Shown: positions 23,844 to 36,790 of the stretch, piece after piece
Numbering within the stretch: the first letter of the stretch is position 1
How the letters are laid out: each line of letters starts with the position of its first letter
The notes under the pieces: generated by a model
What the model saw: the letters and a program-made list of their open reading frames with translations, nothing else
The model's database searches: none
What the model was told of the DNA's origin: nothing
Origin: Kudoa neothunni
Lineage: Eukaryota > Animalia > Cnidaria
DNA length: 64,000 nucleotides
Assembly: GCA_964304625.1 (NCBI GenBank)
Contig: OZ199840.1
Coordinates: 2,272,532-2,336,531 of the forward strand
Direction of reading: 5' to 3'
Program-made: the position numbers and the translations under genes

Positions 23844-26800
23844 TTACAGTACAACGATCAAGCATCCAAACAGCGAGAGTAAAACAATCAATAAAATCTC
23901 TTAAATATATTTACAAACAAAATTTGATCAATTGATTACTTTCTTTTGTTTTGTTTAATGGTTTGACTTGAGCACCTGACTCTCTATTATTTAAAATTAT
24001 TTATAAAACAAAAATTATATATATAAATTATAACAATTTATTTTGTATTTAAGCTGTCAATAATTGTTTTCAAAGTTATAAATACGTTTTTTTATCTTTT
24101 TCACTCTCATATTCATTTTGTTCGGTTGTTCCATCTTTATTGTTATCAGTCTCTGTTGCCTTGGTGGTTTCATACGTATTTTCTTTTGGAATATCAGATG
24201 TTTCTCTATCAGTTTGTTCATTAATAGTTTCTTTTGGAGCGTGTGTAGTTTCTTTTGGAGCGTGTGTAGTTTCTTTTGGAGCGTGTGTAGTTTCTTTTGG
24301 AGCGTGTGTAGTTTCTTTTGGAGCGTGTGTAGTTTCTTTTGGAGCGTGTGTAGTTTCTTTTGGAGCGTGTGTAGTTTCTTTTGGAGCGTGTGTAGTTTCT
24401 TTTGGAGCGTGTGTAGTTTCTTTTGGAGCGTGTGTAGTTTCTTTTGGAGCGTGTGTAGTTTCTTTTGGAGCGTGTGTAGTTTCTTTTGGAGCGTGTGTAG
24501 TTTCTTGTGAAGCGTGTGTAGTTTCTTTTGGAGCGTGTGTAGTTTCTTTTGGAGCGTGTGTAGTTTCTTTTGGAGCGTGTGTAGTTTCTTTTGGAGCGTG
24601 TGTAGTTTCTTGTGAAGCGTGTGTAGTTTCTTTTGGAGCGTGTGTAGTTTCTTTTGGAGCGTGTGTAGTTTCTTTTGGAGCGTGTGTAGTTTCTTTTGGA
24701 GCGTGTGTAGTTTCTTTTGGAGCGTGTGTAGTTTCTTTTGGAGCGTGTGTAGTTTCTTTTGGAGCGTGTGTAGTTTCTTTTGGAGCGTGTGTAGTTTCTT
24801 TTGGAGCGTGTGTAGTTTCTTTTGGAGCGTGTGTAGTTTCTTTTGGAGCGTGTGTAGTTTCTTTTGGAGCGTGTGTAGTTTCTTTTGGAGCGTGTGTAGT
24901 TTCTTTTGGAGCGTGTGTAGTTTCTTTTGAAGCGTGTGTAGTTTCTTTTGGAGCGTGTGTAGTTTCTTGTGAAGCGTGTGTAGTTTCTTGTGAAGCGTGT
25001 GTAGTTTCTTTTGGAGCGTGTGTAGTTTCTTTTGGAGCGTGTGTAGTTTCTTTTGGAGCGTGTGTAGTTTCTTGTGAAGCGTGTGTAGTTTCTTTTGGAG
25101 CGTGTGTAGTTTCTTTTGGAGCGTGTGTAGTTTCTTTTGGAGCGTGTGTAGTTTCTTTTGGAGCGTGTGTAGTTTCTTGTGAAGCGTGTGTAGTTTCTTT
25201 TGGAGCGTGTGTAGTTTCTTTTGGAGCGTGTGTAGTTTCTTTTGGAGCGTGTGTAGTTTCTTTTGGAGCGTGTGTAGTTTCTTTTGGAGCGTGTGTAGTT
25301 TCTTTTGGAGCGTGTGTAGTTTCTTTTGGAGCGTGTGTAGTTTCTTTTGGAGCGTGTGTAGTTTCTTTTGGAGCGTGTGTAGTTTCTTTTGGAGCGTGTG
25401 TAGTTTCTTTTGGAGCGTGTGTAGTTTCTTTTGGAGCGTGTGTAGTTTCTTTTGGAGCGTGTGTAGTTTCTTTTGGAGCGTGTGTAGTTTCTTTTGAAGC
25501 GTGTGTAGTTTCTTTTGGAGCGTGTGTAGTTTCTTGTGAAGCGTGTGTAGTTTCTTGTGAAGCGTGTGTAGTTTCTTTTGGAGCGTGTGTAGTTTCTTTT
25601 GGAGCGTGTGTAGTTTCTTTTGGAGCGTGTGTAGTTTCTTTTGGAGCGTGTGTAGTTTCTTTTGGAGCGTGTGTAGTTTCTTTTGGAGCGTGTGTAGTTT
25701 CTTTTGAAGCGTGTGTAGTTTCTTTTGAAGCGTGTGTAGTTTCTTTTGGAGCGTGTGTAGTTTCTTTTGGAGCGTGTGTAGTTTCTTTTGGAGCGTGTGT
25801 AGTTTCTTTTGGAGCGTGTGTAGTTTCTTTTGGAGCGTGTGTAGTTTCTTTTGGAGCGTGTGTAGTTTCTTTTGGAGCGTGTGTAGTTTCTTTTGGAGCG
25901 TGTGTAGTTTCTTTTGGAGCGTGTGTAGTTTCTTTTGGAGCGTGTGTAGTTTCTTTTGGAGCGTGTGTAGTTTCTTTTGGAGCGTGTGTAGTTTCTTTTG
26001 GAGCGTGTGTAGTTTCTTTTGGAGCGTGTGTAGTTTCTTTTGGAGCGTGTGTAGTTTCTTTTGGAGCGTGTGTAGTTTCTTTTGGAGCGTATGTAGTTTC
26101 TTTTGGAGCGTGTGTAGTTTCTTTTGGAGCGTGTGTAGTTTCTTTTGAAGCGTATGTAGTCTCCTCATGTTGAGGTTTAGTCGTCGTGTCAAGAGAGTTT
26201 GGTAGTTTGTTTTCGTCGTTGGGATCTATTGGATTACTTTTTGGTTGTTCTGGGGTTAGTTCACCGAAAATTCCGAGATTTTCTGGTCTAGAAAAAATTA
26301 ATCCAGTCGATAAAATAATATTACATTTTATAGGTTGAACACTTCCCTTCCTTGTTACAATACTAGAGGAGGTGAATTTAGAATTTTTAATATAATTTCA
26401 TTAATACTTGGTTGTATGAACATGAGACGTCCTTACAAAGACTAAAATCCTTGTATTCACTCTCACATTTTCCCATCACACACACCTATATTTATTTACT
26501 CCTTGTTTTGAAGTTATATTACTATTCCTTCTGGACAATGAATATTTTCACATGTCAAGCGATTCTTCTGTGCGTTAATGCACCTATTATTAAGACACAT
26601 CTAAATCATTTTCAATGAGTAAAATTCATAACACAAATACACTGTTTTCAGAGCATTTATGCCCATTAGGGACAAAACCCAAGAAATTATCAGACTCTGT
26701 GGGTATCACAAATCTATCATTATTATAAATATATCTCAAATACGAAAACAATTACGGGCATAATCCATCAGATGTACTCAGTTTGTAATATGTTCCAAAA

Positions 26801-28604
26801 ATAATTGCGTCTGGTGGCGCAAAACAGTTTAATAAACCACAGTAAGAAATACTAATAGTAATTAATATAAATTAAAATTCCTTGTGATATGATAACACAT
26901 TTTCACATCTTTTATCGTAATTAACTTTACCTATGACAGAATTTATGTATTAATACTGAATTATTGTCTTACTCGAATTGTGTAACTGATGACATTGTTG
27001 ATTAGCATTAGGACACTTACCATCGACACAATAAGCCTTACATATTATTAATACAATCCCAGTCATCAAGTTAATTTACCAATCCAGAATTACATGGTGT
27101 TCCATCTGGTTTGATATTAGAGGATGGACACTATAATTAATTCAAATATAAATTTCAATAAACAATAATTTTTATTTTAATTACAAATGGACTTTTTCCG
27201 TTACAAGTTTCCTGCATGTGACACTGATCACCTTTTCGGCATACGTTCCCTTTCTTGAGCTGTTTAGTAGTTAAAATGGTTACACCATAACTAATAACGT
27301 ATGAAAGGTTAATAGTTGTCTACCTGACAAGAAGAACAACACTCTCCTTTAGAACATTGAGCATGAGATTTAAGTTTACATGTACTCATATCGCAACATT
27401 CATTTTCTCCGCTTATTATACAATTTGCTTCAAACCCGCAGTCACATTCTTCACCGGGATCCACCATCCCATTGCCGCATACATGAAATGTTTCAAAATT
27501 AACATTTTTCTAATTAGCAACAATAAAAATCATTAAATTATTAATTATATACCAACAAGAAATCATTTTTATGATAATTGTCAAAGTGTTTTTTTATATA
27601 ATCAAAACCTTTCACACTAAATCCGGGAGGATATGGGATATTATCTGGCCTAGATTATTAAATAAATGAATAATACTATTAGCAATAATATACCATCCAC
27701 TTGAACTTGGCCTCATAAGGCATCTCAGATTTATATCAAAACATTTGCTGCCTTGAGATGGAAATTCAAACACAAATATTCTAATAAATAAGATACTCCC
27801 GTGAGGAATGTGAGGCGATCCAAATAAATGGCCTAATTCGTGAGAAAATGTTACGTGATCAATCCATCTATTTAACGGTTCTTGTATTGAAATCTTTTAT
27901 ATATTGATAAAAATAAAATATTTAAATTTATACTTGAACTACAGCTGAACCGAAAACAGGATTATGGTTAAAATTAAAATTCGCTATACCTGACGGTCCC
28001 CCTCCCTCATAAAAATATCGGTAACTAGAATAAATTATTATAATAATTATATTTTTTGTTACATAAACAATATGTGATATCCACTTCGTATAGATGTAGT
28101 TTTGAGAAACTTTCGAAATTCAATCCCCATAATAGTTAAAATGGATTTGGGCTCTTGAAAATTGCTACCTTTAAATGACTTCACAACTAGTTTAATGTTA
28201 TGCCAAGCATAGGTCTATAATAATTTTATAGAAACAATTTTCATTAAGGACGTTACAGTCATTGACTTTATGACGACATCTCTCATATATGCGGGTTCTT
28301 TTAAATCAAGCTTCATCTAAAACAGATTAAACTACGATGTAAAATTTGTATACTGTGCTTTTGGCTTTGTGGATATGAATGTGGGCGTATTTTGTTTTTT
28401 CCATACGCTTAAGATAGTTTTGATCTCTCCACAACTATTTAATTATCATCATCATTTAATAAAACTAAATTTTTACTTCGGTGGCACAAATTCCATATCT
28501 TATAATAACTATTTTAAAGTTTTATAATTGTGAACTGATAATTGATATTTACCACTTAATACAAGAAATACAAGTAAAACCTTTGGCATATTAACTTTGC
28601 TCAT
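23844..28604 (-). CDS. ADAM/reprolysin (M12B) metalloprotease-disintegrin lacking a prodomain, with mucin stalk and GPI-type C-terminus
   Basis: Spliced translation gives: signal [26 protein letters not shown]; zinc motif [11 protein letters not shown] (27810-27842); Met-turn CLMRP; disintegrin [50 protein letters not shown]; Cys-rich domain (PDGTPC, YCVDGKC, CGLLNC, VPNGHKC); ETTHAPK repeat exon; terminal [21 protein letters not shown]. The start could be 28604 or 28589. Confidence 0.9.
24225..26161 (-). repeat. Coding minisatellite, 21-nt unit x about 92, encoding ETTHAPK (variants [21 protein letters not shown])
   Basis: The unit GAAACTACACACGCTCCAAAA is in frame with the ADAM exon (..[40 protein letters not shown]). 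This frame is missing from the ORF track because it has no start codon. Confidence 0.95.
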
Positions 28605-30187
28605 TATTTATGGATTAATTTTTATGTTTTACTTTTTGTCAAGTGTATTACCAAAAATATGCCTATTATTGATTAATATTAGTAATATCTCAATAAATAA
28701 AAATATAATTTTCTAAAATCACTTGAAAAAGTATGATAAATTTTTCAAATTCATGTAATATTTAAAATATAAGTTATAACATAGAACGTAAAGTTTTAAT
28801 CCAAAAAATCAGGGAGGATGCTCGCAGAATGAAGTCAGAACTCCCATTAAAACAGATTAAGTCATATCCTATTATGTAATTTCCCCTTATCCTGGAGTAA
28901 AATTATATTCTAAAATAAGTCGAACATTTATTATTTATTATATTAAATTGTTAATGTTTAATTTGTAAATTATTTCATTATATTTATCATATGCCAGCAG
29001 TATTAATAGTAATTCTAATAAGAGTCTTTTTAATGTGTATAGTTAATTATTTGTGTAATTACTAAAAACAACTTAATAGATAGATTTAATCAATCGATCG
29101 AAATATTATATATCACAAAAATATTTTTAATCAGAATATATAATCCTTGGTTATTCAATTAAGGCGTGGATGCACGGATTGAGTCATCCCATTACCAAAG
29201 TACGTATAGTGAGTATATTGGGAATAAAATTTAGATAATGAAATCTGTGATTATTAATCAGTATAATTACAGTGGGAAGTCTATTTTGAAAAATCCCTTC
29301 TGAACCATTAAAAAGTATGTAAAATCGGTTGCAATTTTTTTCACATACTTTTTGCGCATACACATAATAGTTAAGTATATCATTTTTGGAAATTTTTAAA
29401 ATAAATTATTGTTCGTTTTATTGAAAATTTTCTGTTGAATAAAAGTTCTATAACAGGAAAAAACCAAATGATACGTAGTTTAAATAATTGAACAAATCGA
29501 TTATTTTGGATTGGCTAATATTTTGATCCATTATAACATATAGATAAAAAATCTATATATTTTTAAATTAGCAGTAAAATTTGGATCTTTTTCGGAAATT
29601 GTCATTTAGAGTAGTTGTATGTTAATGCTGAAATGTTTCTCATCAGCCATCTTGATGTTTTGAATGAAATTTTCATAGTATTTATTATTTTTACCTTTGC
29701 TTGCAGACATATATATAATTTTTTGAGAATAATTGTATGTTGGATCAACAAATTTCCTCCAAAAAATGTATTAAATCCAAAAATCACGTGATTGCAAAAG
29801 CATATATTTTACATCATGTACAGTCAACTATTTTAACTAAAGTACCGTTGAGTTGAATATATTTTAATGCATAAACCTAAGAAATACTTAAAATTATAAT
29901 CAAATAATTTTATAAAAAGTGTACAATATCGATTACCAACTATATTTAAATTATATCTTTAACTTTAATCTGTTAATTATTTGAATAGCGATAAATTTAT
30001 AAACTGTGATTTCTTCAATCAATAATAAATTATAAAATATTATTAATTTTTTTAAAATAATATTACAAGAATTCATCTGAATATAATGAATATAATATAT
30101 ATGCGTGAAAGCTTGAATTAACATTTTAAATCTTCATAATAAATTTGAGATGTAACAGAATTAGAGAATATTTTCATATTTTCGCAT

Positions 30188-30680
30188 TAACCTTCTTTGT
30201 ACGACGAGCGTGACCATAATTCGAAAGCCGATGAGGTCATTTTTGACCCCAGATCAAATTAATCTCAAACGTTTCAAATTTTTACCAAGTTAAATCAGCA
30301 CATCTTTTAAAATAATTTCACGCTATTAATAGGTAAAATGGTTTCTGATTTCCAGAAATATTGATGTTAATTTGGGCACGCGCAAATAGGTTACCTACCC
30401 ACAATTCAATGAGAGTTTGAATCATATAAACAAAAATAACGCCGTATTAATTAATTTAAGATTAAAATGAGCTGTGATGAGAAACATCTTCGTTACCAAT
30501 TGGAAGACTAAGAATTGATTAAGTATATTTTGATTAGACAATGCACTTTTGTTCGTGACAACATTTTTTCTAAATTTCTAATTATTCCTTGATTCGTTCT
30601 TTACATTCAAGAAATTTTGTTTCATTCGCGTACGCGCCACCTTGACAGTTTGAAATTAGTCGTTTGATTGAATAGAGTAT
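30188..30680 (-). mobile_element. Possible piggyBac-like terminus
   Basis: TTAA|CC end and a subterminal GGTCATTTTTGACC palindrome. A similar end lies at 2014-2079 (GGGGTCAAATCTGACCCC..GAGGG|TTAA). Confidence 0.35.
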
Positions 30681-33679
30681 CAAGATACTTTATTCAAAAA
30701 AGGACTTTTTTATTAACATATTGAGGATTTAATGTATGACGTCACATATTTTATAATAATGATAAACCATCTTATATATCAATATTTGTATATTTATTAT
30801 AAACTTTTTACAAAACTACTTCAATTAGTTAATAAATTTTTATAATGACCAAATGGTCAGATTTTTAAGTTCACTACAATAATAATGTGCAAAACAAATT
30901 AGTTCAAAATTAATTTTTAAATATTTATATAATATCATGTTTAATATTATTAAAGTTAACTATTATAGTTTTAGTTTTCTATTTTGTAACGAATGTAAAA
31001 TACGCATATATAAATTTAAATAGGCTAAATGAAAGGATTAGTGTATCTTTGGAATTTTTTCAAGATATTTTTCAATGTAGGTATTTCCGATACTGAAATA
31101 AACTAGGCTATTCGCGCTAGTTTGCTAATATAGTAGATGTAGATGCACGCTATTTTAACTAATCCTCAAACATTTAAATGATTCCGTTAATATTGAAATT
31201 TCGAGAATTTAATAGTCTCGATAATCGCATCTATAAACCCCAATTTGATATGTACTCCAGGAGTATTGACGATGTGAAAAAAGGTTCAATAATAGTGCTC
31301 TCTATTAATGGAAAATATCCAGCATTAGGTCAAAGGAATGATACAATTTTCAATGCATGTTTAAATTTATATAAATATTAACTTATAATGATTAAATTCC
31401 TACCAAGCTGTAACGTTAACTATGTAGTAGGAAGAATTTGAATGTTCTATTCGTAGGAAATCACGTTATTTTGTCTTTAAAATCTATCAACATTACGCAT
31501 TACATTTTTTCACCACGTTCAAGATTTTTAAAAATTGTATTAATAGGTTTATATGTTTTTATATCAACCAGATCGATTTGTATATAATGTATAATTCGAA
31601 TTGAGAAAAATTATTATGAATACGGTTTCGTAATGTAAATAACAAAATATTTATTATTGTTTGCATAAGGATTGATATATTATTAGTATAAAATTTTCGG
31701 TGTCATGATTTTGATATATCTCAAAAATTAAAACGTTTTCTTCAAAACTCGTGAATATGGTTTCGTTCGCGATTAGTACCTAAACTGAGGCATGGCTTTA
31801 ATTCGTGATAACACGAACACGAATGAATACTTGTAAGTGTATTGTCTTATTTTGATGGTCCCATTTCTTTTAAAAACGCTGTCTCTAGACTCTGATGAAA
31901 ATTCTTTTCTAGGTATCATGTCATGTTACAAAAATATTTTAGGTATTGTACAAATATAGACATTTTGTAAAGATGTTGGAAATGATTATTGTTGTTATAA
32001 ACAGTATGATGATTAATGTTTTTTTGATAATACTTTATCCTTAATTTTTTCAGTTTTTAAATTAAAAAATATAACTCAATACATCCGATTCACCGATTTG
32101 AAGTGCAAAAGTGTGTATTAAAATTTCCCGATTAAATTGACCCTTCATTCTTTACAGTGGATGAAAAAAATCGCCATCCAACAAATTCTACACGAATAAT
32201 AACAAATTAATGTAGAATTCCTATTTTTGATCCTATGACAATGAAAGCATCTGTTACAATGCTTTTTTTGAAGAATCAAAATCATATTTATAGGGAATGT
32301 CAGATCCCGATATTGAATTAAGCGTAATTTGTATAAGCTATTCGTATCGTTGTATGTATATGTATTATTCGAGCTCATATTGCTTAAGTAAAAAGTAAAT
32401 ATCACATTTAGAGAATAAATTACTACAAAAAATTAAGAAAGTTACGTCTCACAAATACAGAAGGAATGTTAATCTGCTTGTGTAAAAAATCGAGGGTAGG
32501 TTAAAATGTAGAATAGTGGCCACATGTACCGATTAAAGATAATGATAAGATTGAATGGATTTCATCCAATAAAATTATCTTTGATATTAACGTTATTCAT
32601 TTGATACAATTAATTAGTTAATGCTTATATAAAAAATGAAATTCTTATAGACATTGAATTAATAGTAGCCAATTGCTAAGGATGAAATATGACGTTTGAT
32701 AAAAATCATAGCTGTCACACTCAAATTTTAGGATAAATACAAAAATTAAAATAATCAACAGGTTAGATTTTTATCATGGTCGATGATTTGGATTTGGACA
32801 ATTATTCTATATTTTAACAAAACTATTTTATTTCTTTTAAAATATCAGCTAAACTACAGTACCTGTGCACGAACTTCGGGCGGTGTCGCATACAACATCG
32901 GAAATAAAGTCGTTTCCTACAATTCGTCCTGTTAATTCACTTCTTTTTCAAAAGTTTTTTCATTATTGTTCTTATCATAAAAAATTACATTATATAGTTA
33001 AATTTAGATCAAAATGAATTAATCTATAAAGTGGAAATAAATTTTAAGTCGAGCACATTCGGATTCACATGGAATATCTATGTATCTATGTTGTTGATAA
33101 ATTCCTCGAAAAAATTATTATTTCTCTATAATTTTAACAAATTCGAAGTCATTAATTGTTCACTGAATTCTTTTTTATTTGTATCTTTTAGTAATAAGTT
33201 TGTAGATGTTCAATCACGTGACATCGTACTTTCAAAACAGAACTTTCTGATTTATTCTATTAATAATTAAAATGAAGATGATTTAATTTAACTATAGCGT
33301 AAATTAATGTGGTTTTTAGTTTTTAAATTTTTCAGCATAGTTTATTCATGATAAAAAAAATGTTATAACAATATTGGTTCCAAAATTCCAACATGAAAAT
33401 TTTTAATTTATTTGATTAAGTTGACTTTTTATTTATCCACATTAAATAACTAAAAAAAAATATTCAATAATTAATTTTTAATTAAAATTAACTTTAAAGT
33501 AGAGAAATTGTCACAAATAAAAATGTACAATTTTTAGTAATATTAAATTAAACCAACTGTGGATAATAAAGAGTTCCAAGCATTTTTATTTTTTTTATCT
33601 TAACAATAAAACATGATGTAAAAACTCAAAATAAACGTTTATTAGTTGATTTTTTGATATATAATGAAATATTAAGTCA

Positions 33680-34869
33680 TCTATCCTCGTATATATATAA
33701 AGTAGTAGTGTAAACATTTTGTAAACAGATTAGCGCTGACAATAATAAGATTACTTTATCGTATGATTCACTATAATGTTCAGTGATATGCGTAGATAAC
33801 TTAATTTATATTATTTAAATACAACTGAAACTTTGAAAGTTTACTCTTATCTACACTTTTAACTAAGTTGACAAGTTCTACAACATTCTTTCTTGCGTAG
33901 GCGAGGACTCGGTGTAAACGAAGATTTATTGTTTAAATAGGAGATTAATACGTGTGAATAAATTATTTACTTTGAACGTTTAATTAAAGATAAAGTTTTA
34001 AATATTTTTTAAAAAAACATAAAATGATATTAGCACGTTATAATGAAATGGAACATTGTTAAAAACCTTTTAGATTAGTTAGTTTATTGACTGGCTAGTT
34101 AAAGTGATTAATACGCAACTTGAGTTGTAAAAACTTATGATTTCTAAATGAAAATAAAGTCCAATCAAGAAGAAAGTGAAAATGATCGGGTTATTGCTGT
34201 TTATTTCGATCAATACTGTTATAGAAAAGACGATAAAATTATTGATATCCCATTCCTCTTCACTTTCTTCTTTATTGGACTTTATTTTTGTGATAATTAA
34301 TGGCGATGCCGCTAATCTCTGATGAGAAATTAAGAGGCGGCTGATTCAGGCGCGGAAACGAACCTTAACTAGATTAACTAGATTAATTAGATAATCTATT
34401 ATACTGTTGGTGTACTATTGCGTGATATTTTGTACGATGAAGCTAAATGCAAGAATGCAACAACTTTCATTTAGGAATCATAAGTCCTTGCAACTCGTGT
34501 GGCTTATTAATCTCCTATATAAACAACAAATCTTCGTTTACACCAAGTCCCACCTACGCATCAACATATGTTGTAGAATTTGTTAACTTAGTTTTAAATG
34601 TAAAAAGAGTAAAGTTAAAGCTATATACGCATTTTATTGAACATTATAGCGAATCACATGATAAAATAATCTTATTATTATCAGCGTTAATCTGTTTACA
34701 ATAAGTTTACACTACAAATTCACCACTTCATAGACAATCAGATAACCCTGTTGTATTTTTGTAGTTAGTTTTGGATTTTTTAAAGTATACTAAGAAACTC
34801 AAATAGTTTAAAAAGTCTCTGTATGAGGAGATGATTAGTGCATACACATTACTACTTTATATATATAGA
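33680..34869. mobile_element. Inverted pair of 3'-truncated family-2 Helitrons
   Basis: Both halves align to 61513-62200, with TC starts at 33680 (+) and 34869 (-). Confidence 0.75.
34289..34462 (+). mobile_element. Putative short solo LTR inserted in a non-autonomous Helitron
   Basis: TGTGATAATTA..GCAACA with flanks ATTTT/ACTTT. Removing it restores the Helitron sequence seen uninterrupted at 34130-34190 and 62080-62150. Confidence 0.65.
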
Positions 34870-34879
34870 TATCGCCCAT

Positions 34880-36790
34880 GTATACGAGATAGAACTTATT
34901 TATAATTGGATGTAGTATCCGGTTCATCATAGCCTGGAATGTGGGTGGCGCATTGCACAACCCGGATGGCATTCTATTGGATCAGAATAAACCGAACGGT
35001 GTAATGAATGCTATCTTCCATCTTGATGTTTTTTTACTTCAATCCGATGGGATCCTGAAGATAGGTCGAATTTCGAGAATATTGCGGAGCCTCCCAGTCT
35101 ATCAAAATCTTCATCTATTCTAGGTAATGGATAACTATTTTTGATTGTTATATTGTTCAGTCTTCTGTAGTCGATGCAAAGTCTATATTCTACTGTTTTC
35201 TCATTGACTAAGATAACGTTGGATGCCCAGGGGTTCTCCGATGGTTCTAATATTCCCTCGGACAACATTTTATGCATTTGTTTTTCAATTTCGTCGCAAT
35301 GTGAAAAGGTTGCGTCTTAGGAATCCTTCATTCGCTGGAAGCGTATTTATGAAAATTTCAAATTTGTGTTGAGTTCCAGTTGCTTTCTTCAACGGGCCAG
35401 TTTTGTCGTACATCAAATCTGAGAATTCTTCCAGAATATTCCTGATTGTGACCACAAATGGTTTATTTGTTATCTTCGTGCGAAGAACATCTGGCAAACG
35501 TTCGCTGGTTCTAATTCCTTTGTTTCCAGTATCAATAATAATTCCAAATTTTATTAGTAGGTCTAATGCGATTATTAATTCACGACCAGAGACGTTTGGA
35601 ATGAGGAATTCGCATATTTGTATAATATTATTGTAGCAAACTTCTATGCTTGTCGTAAAACTCACAACCGACTTGTATCCTCCCACCAAAAGACTGGTTA
35701 TCTTTGAGATTTTGGGGACGCACTTTGGACGTGTTCTTGCAACGTCCATTGCGATAGAGGATCTACCTGATCCCGTATCGACAAGACCTGTAACCTCAAT
35801 GTCGTTTAACTTGAGGCGAATGGTTAATGAATTGCCGCGCCGAAAAGGTAACCACAAACATAGGAACGTCTGCTAAATTCTGAAATGATGAACTTGTTAT
35901 TTTTAAACCGTTAGGAGAATCTTTTCGCAAAATGTCCAGATTTTCCACACAGGTAGCATACACCGGAGTCATCGCAACTATGAATTTTCGCCTTGTTGAG
36001 CTCTGCCATCATTCCAGGATCGAAAAGTTGTTTTTGTACTGCAGATCTATCCAACTTTTGGGCTACCAGTAGGGCATTTTTGATATCATTCATCTTTGTG
36101 ATCAGTAGGTGGTTTCAAATTTAGATGTGGATAGCCTTGACAAATTGGTTGCATAAGATTCTTCGCAATAAGACCTCCTTTGAACCTTCAAAAGCCAACT
36201 TACTCAGACTTGTAAACCTATCGCAGAATGATTTATGTCTTCTCCATCGTTCTGGAACATTCTAGTTGTAACAGGTAGGAAAGATTTATTGCAACTATAA
36301 TAATCAATCTTTTTTACCTTGAAGTCGTCGAAATCGCTATAATTGTTTATCCCATTGCTAATCATCCTTCCGTATACGACATCAGACAGCATGGGCGAGG
36401 AAGTATCTAACCCAATTCGACTTGTTCATTATTATCAATTTAAATCATCATTCCACTCTTCCAACCATGTGAGCCACTTTCGAGGTTCCATCATACAGAT
36501 CGATCCTAAATAACTCCCCAGTTGTGGGAGTCACAATTTTGCACACAACAAAACACTCGATAAATATGGCAACATTTGCTAATCCGCGTAATGATTATTT
36601 ATGCTCATCGAGGAATATCAGGTAACATCGAGATGACGTCATCGCTTCGCAATTTCTATCATTCATGCTGATGATCTTCCTCGTGCCTAACATAAAGATA
36701 TTCTCATTCGTCTGGCAGAGTATAAACTCCTCAGACGAATCGTTATCAATTTCAGATCTCACACGATTGGATCTAAAATGTTACCTTTCA
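34880..36790 (-). mobile_element. Truncated Ty3/Gypsy retrotransposon (gag-protease-RT fragment)
   Basis: Zinc knuckle CYLCGKSGHFAKR, protease LVDTGS, RT WASNVILV..YRLCIDYRRLN..YPLPRID..FSKFDLSSG and PFGLCNAPPTFQ. Frameshifted and cut at the Helitron at 34869. Confidence 0.9.

Noticed and set aside
24225-26161. CRISPR array or telomeric repeat
   Set aside because: There are no unique spacers and no cas genes. The array is an internal, in-frame coding minisatellite.
24057-26192. The 711-aa LHTLQKK, 677-aa ACVVSFG and SVCSFFW ORFs in the track
   Set aside because: These are shadow frames of a 21-nt repeat. Only the ETTHAPK frame joins the flanking ADAM exons.
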